Shown: positions 1 through 9,993 of the stretch, in pieces
How the letters are laid out: every line of letters starts with the position of its first letter
Position numbering within the stretch: position 1 is the first letter of the stretch
Origin: Coniocarpon cinnabarinum
Lineage: Eukaryota
DNA: 37,745 nucleotides
Assembly: GCA_051942205.1 (NCBI GenBank)
Contig: JAVECO010000005.1
Coordinates: forward strand, 248,001-285,745
Direction of reading: 5' to 3'
Notes under the pieces: generated by a model
Told to the model about the DNA's origin: nothing
The model's database searches: none
The model's input: only the letters and a program-made list of their open reading frames with translations
Program-made: the position numbers and the translations under genes

Positions 1-735
1 GCGCCCAAGTCCGCGAACAGAGGTCACTCACTGAGGCAAGGATACCGTGAAGACAGGGGTCAAAACTTGCCTAGATACCCACCGACGCCACTCATAGAAT
101 TACCAACAGCAACTGATATCAATCACGCGCATCCGGCAACTCTCACAGCGAATCTACTTGTGGGTGTTACCGAGATCAAGTCGAGGAGAGTGGTGACGAT
201 CCGGAGAAATGGCCGTTCTGCAGATTTGCTCGACGTCGTGGTGGCTGATGATTTCTCGAAACAAGGATTCAGTATCAGCTTCTGGCTTGATCACGTGGTG
301 TCACACGCCCGACTTGACAACCTGCCGCAGCACAGTCCCAAGCAGGACCTTGAGAAAGACCTGTCAGAAGTCCGAATCGGTGATGTGGTCTTGATGACCA
401 ACATTGGCCTATCTCAATGGAGAGGAACTGTCCACGGCACCAGCCTGGCTCGAGGAAGTTGGCGTACGGAGGTAGGCCTTGTATGGCGGAGAGCATATGG
501 GTGGTCACGGCTCGGCCGAGAGCTCGGTGCAGACGGGATACATCCAGTTGGCACGCTTCGAAGCACATGGCAGTCTCGCACACGAGCCGTGAAGGCTTTC
601 GTTAAGACCTCAGTAGCTCTTCCCTTCGGCAAAGACGAGATGAGCTCGCACGCAGACACCTCGGATCACAACATGCCAGCTCGCAGGTTGGATGAAACAA
701 GATGGCTCCCCAAAGATGACACGCAAGAGATTTGA
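1..735 (+). CDS. OB-fold nucleic-acid-binding protein, 5'-partial (conserved fungal family, SHLD2-like OB fold)
   Basis: Frame 1 is open from base 1 to the stop at 735. Motifs TANLLVGVTEI...LLDVVVADD...GFSISFWL...VRIGDVVLMTNIGLSQWRGTVHGTSL and a C-terminal LP..DTQ match my recollection of this fungal OB-fold family. Confidence 0.75.
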   Translation, partial: APKSANRGHSLRQGYREDRGQNLPRYPPTPLIELPTATDINHAHPATLTANLLVGVTEIKSRRVVTIRRNGRSADLLDVVVADDFSKQGFSISFWLDHVVSHARLDNLPQHSPKQDLEKDLSEVRIGDVVLMTNIGLSQWRGTVHGTSLARGSWRTEVGLVWRRAYGWSRLGRELGADGIHPVGTLRSTWQSRTRAVKAFVKTSVALPFGKDEMSSHADTSDHNMPARRLDETRWLPKDDTQEI

Positions 736-1214
736 TGAATTGGGCGGCGCGCTTCCTTCCGAGATGTCACATACACCGACCGGCCCCAGATGTGACCCAC
801 GCATAATACATACGCAACAACTTGCAGCACTGGGCTTTGACGTTATCTCCACCGACGCTTTCGGCCAAGAAGCCGAGTATCCTGACTCGGTATCGGCCTT
901 TCCCGATGTTTCGGCTCCCGGCAGTCCCTCTCCACTACTGTAGGTATTTGTTGTATGACGGACGCAAGAGCACCGTTCAAGTAGGCTAATACGATTGCAT
1001 GACCTTCGGACGGTCGCTAACACTTCATGGCTGTAGCTATAGAGCACTCGCGTCGCATCATGGCTGCATCTCCGGACCGTGGCCCTTTCTTGCTGCCTGG
1101 TTCTCTCGGACGAGGCAACAGCATCGACTTCGGCGTATGCGTCGGGGTTACAAAACCAGCCTGAGTCGACATGGAGCTATAAAGAATGTGCTGGACCTCA
1201 GCCCCGAGTAGTTC

Positions 1215-2378
1215 ATGTCCCACCTCAGAACTCCAACAAGACAGATCCTGAGCCATTCTCGCAGATCGGCACTCGTGTCAGCAACAGCTCGCAAGCCTTT
1301 CCAAATAGCATATCGCAACTTCGCCGTCGCCTCTTCTCGACCAACCATGGCATCCACTAACACGGCAGCTTGGCTCAATGGAGCACGCGTTCACCCTTTT
1401 GAGGTCAAGGAGTCCCCATATAACAGTCCCGAAGCCAATGAGATCGTCATCCAAAACGCAACTATTGCTGTGAACATCATCGACTATCGCATGCAGGATC
1501 CCGCTGTCTTCCCCGTTGCCTACCCCGCAGTCATCGGTCAGGACGTCGCGGGCGTCGTCGCAGCCGTGGGACCAGGTGTCACGCGTTTCAAGAAGGGTGA
1601 CCGCGTTTTGGGTCATGCTGTCTCCATGCTGAGCCAGACTCCGCGCCACGGTGCATTCCAGAACTACACCTGCGTGCCAGACAACATGGCCTCGCCAATT
1701 CCACACAATCTCGATTTCGAGCACGCCGTCTGCGTTCCGCTTGCCGCCAGCACCGCTTCCTGCGGGCTGTACGAGGCTGACTTTCTCAATCTCCAGCGAC
1801 CGATTCCAACGGGCGCTCCGAAGACTGGGAAAACTGTCCTCATCTGGGGTGGTGCCACGTCAGTCGGATTCTCAGGCATTCAACTCGCCAAGGCAAGCGG
1901 CTACGAGACCATTGTGACTGCTTCTCCTAAGAACCACGCCCTCCTCAAAGGCCTCGGCGCGGACCATCTCATCGACTACCACAGCCCCTCGGTAAGCGAT
2001 GAGATCCTCTCAGCCGCCAATGGCAAAGAAATCGCAGGCGTGCTCCTTCTCGGTGCCGCGGACAAGACCTGGTCCGACGTCTGCAACCTCCTCGTGCGCC
2101 ACCAAAAGGGCGGCTTCATCGCCACGGCCGTCCACCACGATGTTAACGACGTCCCGCAGGGCGTCACGGCCAAATTCATCTTTGGTCTGACGCTGTGGAA
2201 GAACGACGTGGGAAAGGCGCTGTATGAGAATTACCTGCCCGAGGCTTTGGCGAAGGGTACGTTTGTTGCAGGACCGGAGCCGGAGATCGTGGGACGCGGT
2301 ATTGGGGAGTTGCAGAAGGCGGTGGATGTGAGGAGGAACAGGGACCCCAGTGCGAAGAAGATGATTGTAGTTGTTTGA
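1215..2378 (+). CDS. Zinc-binding alcohol dehydrogenase-like (MDR) enoyl-reductase/CipB-like oxidoreductase; core starts at ATG 1347, with a possible N-terminal presequence from 1215
   Basis: Intronless 387-aa ORF with YPAVIGQDVAGVV...GPGVTRFKKGDRVLG, HGAFQNY, VLIWGGATSVG (NADPH-binding) and TASPKNHALLKGLGAD motifs. Strong C/G-ending codon bias. Confidence 0.93.
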   Translation: MSHLRTPTRQILSHSRRSALVSATARKPFQIAYRNFAVASSRPTMASTNTAAWLNGARVHPFEVKESPYNSPEANEIVIQNATIAVNIIDYRMQDPAVFPVAYPAVIGQDVAGVVAAVGPGVTRFKKGDRVLGHAVSMLSQTPRHGAFQNYTCVPDNMASPIPHNLDFEHAVCVPLAASTASCGLYEADFLNLQRPIPTGAPKTGKTVLIWGGATSVGFSGIQLAKASGYETIVTASPKNHALLKGLGADHLIDYHSPSVSDEILSAANGKEIAGVLLLGAADKTWSDVCNLLVRHQKGGFIATAVHHDVNDVPQGVTAKFIFGLTLWKNDVGKALYENYLPEALAKGTFVAGPEPEIVGRGIGELQKAVDVRRNRDPSAKKMIVVV

Positions 2379-3043
2379 ATGCGTGCTGGGTATTGCACGT
2401 ATCGCAAGACTTGTGGGACTACCGCAGTGCGGCTGCTGACGTCCTTGGGCTGTCGAGACGGGCCATCTTAGTATGGGAAACTGTATCTAACGAGGTCGCG
2501 CTTGCTACATTTCTAAAATAACGAGACAATATTCATCTGATCTTTCGCCTGAAGTATCTGTGAGAAACCTGCAACGTCATGCCCAGATTGCGTTTTAGAT
2601 TCTCTTTCATACATGTTGCCTAGGCCTGTCTTCAACCTTGCATAGCGAAGCCTTATACTTCACGCAATATTAGCTGTGAGTATGTAATATGAGCAAATGC
2701 ACCCCTCATGTAAGCAAAACGTCTTCGTTGACACTGTGAGGGAGGTGGACATCAGACTTCTGCCAGAAAGCATGATACCGTCTACCATTTCGAACGTGTA
2801 GCAGCCTCACGCTCGCTCTTGTGATACATTGGTTCTTTGCCCGTTCTCTGATAGACTCGAGGCACATGCGCCATCCTTTTTTCTCTCCCTGCTCTAAGCC
2901 CCTCCCAGCCTTTTTTCCACTGTCATGATGCAACGCCTTCTCATGCCAGAGCTACTCTCAGTACCCAAGTAGCTAACGCCGATTCAGAGCTCGACGCCTT
3001 CCATCCGTAGCGCCCGGAACACCTATTCCCTGCTCGTCTTGGC

Positions 3044-3741
3044 CTAGCTGGATGTCTGGACACAATACAAATAGATCACCACGCCCACTCCCATAAGTGG
3101 TATCAGACTCTTTCCCAGCGAACTCGTGGACAGTTCAAAGACGAAGTACTTGTCAATCATCGGCTTCTCTTCATCGTCGTCATCATCATCCTAACCCCAC
3201 AACGTCAGCGCGTTTCTCCATCCCGTGAATTATCCCAGAGTCCTACTTCCATCTCTCCATTCCTTCATAGTCCTGTTGGACCCTCTACTACTTAAACGGA
3301 TAGGAGGACACTTACCTCATCGGCATCGGCATCATCATCGCTACCTTCCTGATCTGCCTTCGATACCTCCTTCCACTTCTTAGCCACGTTCTCCCGTATA
3401 TCCTGCAGATCCCCATTGATCCCACAAATCTCATCCAAAGGCTGAACACGCTCTTGTGCCGGTAATTGATGCAGCGCTGAACTCAGGGTTGTGGCGTTTT
3501 CTTTGAGCGAGGTGAGCTCTTCGTCGTCTTCATCATCTTCACCTCCTTTATCTGCAGTTTCGTCGCTGTCTTGTGTTTGGTCTTGAGGTTGGTCTTGAGG
3601 GTTGTCTTGGTTATCGGTGGGGCTTTGGGGTGCGATGTCATCTGCTGCGTTTGTGGAACTGGAAGGGATGGGATCGTTGTCGGGTTCGGGTTCGGGGTCG
3701 GCGGGGGGAAGGGGATCTTGTTTCTTGTTTCGAAGATGCAT
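3044..3741 (-). CDS. Acidic low-complexity hypothetical protein with a hydrophobic C-terminus, 2 exons (3741-3316, 3190-3044)
   Basis: ATG at 3741 (MHLRNKK). GTAAGT donor at 3315, GCTGAC branch point and TAG acceptor at 3191. The Asp-rich frame continues across the junction (DADE|DDDDDDEEKP). The 3' end is uncertain. Confidence 0.65.
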
Positions 3742-4468
3742 CGTCAAAGGTGACTCGCGCTATGGAACTGCACTATCAAGCTTGTGCTTTAGCTAACGAA
3801 GGACGTTGTTCTGCAGTTGCGACGTGACCTGAACAGAAATTAAGAAAGAGTCAGCTACGCCCCTGATTTTGATGTGGTGCGATGCGGTTACGAAACGCTG
3901 CGGCGTAGCAGTCCTACGAATCATGGACAGCTGTTCATTGAAGCACAGGCGTCATTCAAAGGCAGCCGGAAGAGGAGATTTGTCGTTTTTTGCTAATTGC
4001 GAAATACATGCTTAGTATGTCATGGTTTCAAGGGCTGGCCTGAAAGGCTGCTTGGGTACTTGAGTGACTTCTACGTGCAGCACTTGATGTTCTTGTTGAT
4101 TGAGTCGCTTTGCGCTTTCCCTAGGAGATACTTACCTGATTGGTTGACTATGAACGTCTGCGTCGTTGTCAGCGCCTGAGGTACGAGAGCACGTGATCAA
4201 CGGTGTTCGTTTTTGTTCTGGCGTCGCATGCGATCTTGTGCTGCACAAATGCAACAGCTGGACGTTACATAAATGTTCGGAGCATGAACCTTGTCGCTAC
4301 ATTTTCATCGAGCGTCAGGTATTCACTATGCAACATCATTGATAGCCAGAGGATCAGGACTCAGAGTATTGTCAAACAGGAAAGCACAGGCAACCGTACA
4401 AGATGCTCGTTTCAAGGCACCATACCACGACATCAAAGAAGCTCTTAAGCACGTGCTGGAAAGCGGGG

Positions 4469-5005
4469 TTACGCTTGTCGTCGACGTCGGGCCAGAGTAC
4501 GAATGTCAAGGACCCGCGTCCAAGCCAACACCTCCGGCTGTGTAAGCTCTGGCTCATGCATATGTACCAGACATTGCACGAGACTTCCATGCGGCTTGAA
4601 TGTCTCCATAATGCGAGCTGCAACCTCCTGCGTCGGTGCTTCGACGAGGAATCCCCAGATAGCGCTGTTCACTTCGGTTTGGACCATGTAATTCACGCCG
4701 CGATGCTCGCGGATCACGTAGTTGTAGACCCGTCCAAACCGCGGGTAGATTCTGCAGTTCCACGCCCGTTCGAATCGCTGGAGGCGGTTGAGGTCCGCCC
4801 AGTTATCGTAAAGAAAGAACAGGACGTGCTGGGGGTTGAGCAACTGGACAAGTCGTTGTCGGTGGGCTTCCGCCGCCTGCTCTTCTTCTGGAGTTGTGGG
4901 GTTTTCTTGCGGTGGTGCTGATCGTGGCGAGTTATTGTTTCGACTCTCGCCTGTCTGTGCCTGGGCCGTCGAATGACTAGGCTGTTGCGTATCTTGGGAA
5001 GACAT
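4469..5005 (-). CDS. Divergent gamma-glutamylcyclotransferase (GGCT/AIG2-like) fold protein; start uncertain (ATG 5005, or 5125/5140)
   Basis: LFFLYDNWADLNRL...GRVYNYVIREHRGVNYMVQTEVNSAIWGFLVEAPTQEVAARIMETF follows the spacing of the GGCT-like pattern F.YG.L...A.l.GY......YP.LV.....V.G..Y.V.......L..YE. Compared by eye only. Confidence 0.55.
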   Translation of the reverse strand: MSSQDTQQPSHSTAQAQTGESRNNNSPRSAPPQENPTTPEEEQAAEAHRQRLVQLLNPQHVLFFLYDNWADLNRLQRFERAWNCRIYPRFGRVYNYVIREHRGVNYMVQTEVNSAIWGFLVEAPTQEVAARIMETFKPHGSLVQCLVHMHEPELTQPEVLAWTRVLDIRTLARRRRQA

Positions 5006-6512
5006 TGTCTGGTTTGAAGGAAGGTTTGCGATTTGTGATTCTATTCTAAGGTGTTGCTCTCGGTCTTCTTCGTGTTCTTCAAGTGTTTGGTGGCGCCGGC
5101 CCCGCCGAAGCCTGAAGCCGCCCATCAAACTTTTCTGCATGGCGAGGATGTTCGCTGCTAACGGTGATGTGGTCTTAGCTTGTGCGAGAATTCCAATTCT
5201 TTTAGCGTTCGACCGAGCTCCAGCATCGGTTTTCTCTGAAATCACTTGTTGCTCACTCAGGTCTCTCGGGACAGCTGTTCAATGCGAAACCGAGCGTAAG
5301 TGCCGCATGAAGGGTTTCAAGTTGCTCTCTGCGCGGTATATAAACCTTGTCTGAAACGACTGGCATTGCGCCATCTTTTAATCACTGCATTATGAAAGTC
5401 TTTGCGAAAAGGAATGTCTGAAACAGGAAAGCTTGCAGCATGTGCAGGGTAGACAAAGTTGCACAACATCTGTTTGGGATTAGGTGTTGTATTGCTGAGC
5501 ATCGCAAATTAGCTACGCGGACATGCAAAGGAAATTCGAGCGAGCGAAACAGGCTTGGTGTGGGAGAGTAAGCGCGGCCGAGCAAGGGTGACGCTTTTTG
5601 ATACCTGGAGCGAAGCATGCTCAGCGGTACGTTATGAAGAGCTGCCAGCAGTGTGATGACAAGGCGAGAGCATTCAAGAAGTGTGGGCTAGTGACGCCTG
5701 CGACACATCACGTGATACCAAGGACAGATATATGCCGCGGTGTTGCCCGAAACTTCTCCGATTCAGCGGCCATGCAACCACACGTTTTCGGCGCTGATCT
5801 AAATGCTTTCTCTGGCTCTTTGTCTGGCATATGCTTGCATATTCGCAGGCACTGATCTCTGTGTGGACTGCCTAGTTCCCTAACAAAGGAGCGTCTCTTG
5901 AGACCCAGGGACAGTCCGGCCGCGTGATGGAGCGCACCCAAGGGGTCAGACGATATTATTTCATCATTGCGAATCCGTAGAACAAATACAAAGAACCATT
6001 GCCCAGCGCTGTACAAGAAATGTATGCGTTTGGCTCGTGAGACGATAAGCGCTCCTGACCGGCTTTGAAACAGGCTGACTGAGGGTTCCCGTTTGGCTTT
6101 TCCACGAAGTATAATGATTGCGACTAATCTTTCAATGATCGAGCACTCGTACACCATGTGATGTGGAACTATTTTTCCTTGCTGTTGACGACCCATTATT
6201 CAAAGACCGCAGGAGCTCTTTCAAGAATGCCTATCTCAGTGCTCGGCCCTCGAGCACGAGCATGTTTCTGCAATGTGTGTAACGTGATATTTAGGCGAAG
6301 CGCTCGCTACCGTCAGCACTATATCTTGCTGCCAAAGATCAGCCTGCCGGTGAACAAGTGTATACTACGTGTGAACTTTCCTCTTCAGTCAACACCCTCT
6401 TAAACACACTCCTCCGAGAAGAATTTCAGCCTCAGACAAAGTTAAGTTCTTAGGACCAGATATCCTTTTCTCCTCGTTTCCAGCTGTCCTATTTTGAAGG
6501 TCCATACAGCTC

Positions 6513-7481
6513 ATGACTTCACAGTGGCACAATGTGGGATATTGGCGTCAGTGCAGATGTCTTCCGATTTCATTGAAGAATTTAACCATGCTGACACATT
6601 GGATTACAAGCGACCTCGGCATATATCATAGAGGAGACGCAAGGCGAGCTCGTGTTGAAGGTCACAGACAAGAGTGACTGGGTTGCTCCACCACGCGGTC
6701 GCCACGGTCGTGCTTATGAAATGAAAGTCAAGTTCGATGACCCAACATATGGCAACATGGCAGGTGAGCAACATGCAAGTTGATCGGTCTTCTGCCCTGC
6801 TCCTGCTCCGCTCGTCCGGTTGCGCAAACCTTTGCGCTCACATGCGCCAGCTTACACATCCAGATGTCTACCAGCTCTGTAGAGAGTTCACAAGGAGGTA
6901 TGCTGTCCAGGGCAAGCACTCAGACGAGCATCCCATCCACATCAAGGATATCTGCAGTTTGGTCGCTCACCCCTCTGTCTTTCACAAGGGATTGAATCCA
7001 GAGTCGTGTAAGGTCGAAGATATTTGTACCGCGTTTATCGTGAGGCAGCATAACCACAGATTTGGACCCAACCAGGAGGCGTATGTCATCCGATGTTTCG
7101 ACGATCGGTGGGTGATCTCGCATCACGCCCAGTTGCAGAATTTGGATGACTTCGACAAGTTGCATAACAACTACAATACCCTCCTTGAGTACCGCCGGCC
7201 AGAAAACTCGCAGGTGGATCTCCGAGTGCGCCATCTCGCCTTCAAGTCTACCTGACGATGCTGACTAAATCTCTACAGACCTTGCCGAGAACAACCGGGC
7301 CACAGGGAGGTTACCTTGCCATGCATTCGCACGAAGGCGAAAATGTGGCTCATACTAGGGCAAGCCTCTAGCAAAATCAATGCTCATTCTTGCATTAGCT
7401 AACATTGTGGTGTAGTTGGTCGCGCTCTGGGCCTTTGCCAAGATGCAAATGAACCGGATGCGCAGTAACGGAGGACTATGA
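6513..7481 (+). CDS. Family A paralog A1, hypothetical protein, 5 exons (6513-6546, 6611-6763, 6864-7225, 7279-7359, 7416-7481)
   Basis: Spliced frame is open throughout. Homologous to A2 and A3 (MKVKF, YVIRCFDDRWVISHH, NNYNTLLEY, GPQGGY, LVALWAFAK). The last intron is GC-AG. Confidence 0.8.
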
Positions 7482-7827
7482 GGCGTGTAGCGTCGAATGT
7501 CGTTCCAGTTTGCTGACACTGTGGCATGACCCTCGGACACAGGACAGCAGCATACCACCCGCCCATCAGGGAGGAACGTGTGAATGCTAAAAGACAATCG
7601 CCGCTCCTTCTGAAAGATCGTGTTCTTCCTGTACTAGTACCTATTCACGTTCGGAAGCATTGGCGAATGAACCCGATATGACAGACACTTGATACTGCAA
7701 TGCCCTAGCCACGCTCTTTTCAGACCACCAGTAACGTGAGTGGCACAGGTAGAGGGGACTTTTAGGGGCTGCTGGGGCGAAGGTTACGAGACGGGGAGAG
7801 TGCGCCACTATTTTTAGGACTGATTGC

Positions 7828-7927
7828 GCCTAAAACTTAAGGCCTGTTGATAGTTGAACGCCCGCGAAACCCCTTGGACGGGGAAGAGAGACGTCTCTCT
7901 CTGACACTCGGTTGCTTGCTTCGAAAC
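7828..7927. repeat. Diverged ~100-bp non-coding repeat, copy 1 (copy 2 at 11507-11608)
   Basis: Shared blocks TAAAACT.AAG.CC, ACG.CCGC.AAACCCC, CTCTGAC.C and CTTCGAAA in the same order and similar spacing. Confidence 0.7.
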
Positions 7928-8181
7928 CACAGGCGAAGGATCGCACCGGCAGGATCCTGCAGTATGTGCAACGTAGACTCTTTAGGATTTATTCCGATCG
8001 CGAAAGGCCACGCTTTTTCTCTAAACTAGACACCATGCATTCAATGTCTGTTTGGTGGATATCCTCACTCCTGATGCTCTTTGTGTCACAACTACACTTT
8101 CATAGGAGGCAGACTGGAAGCGCTGTTAGCATCACATCACTGCCTTAGGAAAGATCGTCTCTCCACCCCCTGGCCGTCTGA

Positions 8182-9125
8182 ATGGATTCTGTTGGTGCAA
8201 CCTTGGGAAATATAGGACACCGGATGTGGGAACACGTGTATAAACGGCGTGAGTACAGGTGATAGCATGCTTCTGACGTTGAGCGTGGATTGGCTAAAAG
8301 GGTAAAACAAGCGACCTATTTGTACCATGTCGACGAGAGGGAAGGACAAATTGTGTTGGATAAACGAGATCGGCCTGCAGGCTTTCACGCCCCAAGCGAT
8401 GGTGTAGAGCGAAACAGTAATATGAAGGTTAGGTTCGCCAATCCGCACACGGGCGACATAGCAGGTTAGTAGCGCGCGTTGTCCAGTCTTCCCTCTCTTT
8501 ACCAAATGTTTCCTTTGGTACGACTATAGAACATCTACCCTCTCAGATGCAAACTTACCTAGCTAGACATTTATGTGCAGAGTGGCAACAAGGGTTACGT
8601 CAAGAGATTTGCTGTCCAAGGCAATCGCGCGGACGAGCGTGAGATCTGTATCGTGGATACCACCCAGAGTCGCCCAACATTACATCTATTTGACCAAAAC
8701 GCAAAACCCAAACCTTTCTTGCTGTCAAACAACTGCACATCATTCATCGTGAAGTGTGGACGAAACAAGCCACCCAACAAAGACTGGGTAATCCGCTGTT
8801 TCAGTGATCTATGGGTGATCTCTCACCATGAGCACCTAGAAGCCTTAGATGATCACGAGAATCTGAACAACAATTACAATACCTTATTGGAGTACCATCC
8901 ACCGCCTTACTCGACAGTAGACCTTCAAGTGCGCTTTTTGACGTCCTTTTCTACCTGCCACAGCTGATTGAAAGTGTGTAGTCTTTGTCGAGAACACAAG
9001 GGCCACAAGGAGGTTACATAACAATACACTCGCCTCCGTCTCATGCAAAGCCCTTGATCCCTGAGTTGATCGCGGTCTGGGCTTTTGCCAAGGCTCAAAT
9101 GGATTGGGTGCATGGTCGTGGGTGA
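8182..9125 (+). CDS. Family A paralog A2, hypothetical protein, 4 exons (8182-8248, 8312-8464, 8567-8928, 8982-9125)
   Basis: Internal exons of 153 and 362 nt are identical in length and phase to A1. Motifs MKVRF, WVIRCFSDLWVISHH, NNYNTLLEY, GPQGGY, LIAVWAFAK. Confidence 0.8.
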
Positions 9126-9993
9126 AGTCGTAGCTGGGTGCCTGAACAGCGAGTTGCCAAGCTTTGGACGTACCGACTAAAGAGCACAGAGAGCAGCATA
9201 TCTCGGATCAGCTGCTAAATAGCGTTAGATGTGAGACATGGAGAATTCCCTGTAGCTGTATTTATTCACGTTAGATGGAAGCACTGGCGAAGGATGACGT
9301 GTCCTCGCTTAACCCTAAGCTCGCTTCGTGAGAGTCACGTGCGACATTGCCTTGCAAGGTAAATACCTACCCTGCCATCCCTGCAACAAACCCTAGGTAA
9401 CCTCGCGGATCAACGCATCGCGCATACTACTTCTTTCGTGAACAACGGTACCGACTATTTGTGGAACGGCGAAAGGCCACGCAACACCATCTTTCTCTGG
9501 TGCGACACACTCAAGGAGGGAGCGTGCCCGGCACATGTATACTTGCCTTTTCACGTCTGCGACATGGCAGTCCTGTCGACTGTCTGTCGAAACGGATGCA
9601 TCGTTACTTTGTTTACTCCCTCGGTCTAACAACCGGTGTAGCCACAGCAAAGCTCTGAAGAACGCTCAACTTCATGGTCAACGCCTGGACTCCATTCTTG
9701 TAGATCCGTGACCAATTTTGCGCGGCAATCGCCCATGACTGCAAAGGTTCATTTTGCGGTAGCGGTCCCGCATGGTGACGCCTGATGCTCTTTTGTCGAG
9801 CTAACACATTTCCTCTAAGTACGCTAGCTAGAGCAAAGAACACGTGTGTACCATGTTTGATATTTTCCATGAAACAAACGTAAAGAGATTGGAGCTCATC
9901 GCATCGTGCAATATGATTCCTCCCCGTCACTAAGTTATCCTAGTCGTGCTGCTATTCCACTGACCCTGCATGATCTGACTTTGAACAAACGTG

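Noticed and set aside
855..925. Cluster of CGG/CCG triplets upstream of the oxidoreductase, possible Zn2Cys6 sites
   Set aside because: Plausible but not distinguishable from chance without conservation data.
9308..9402. AACCCTAA and AACCCTAG telomere-like words
   Set aside because: Isolated single units, not an array.
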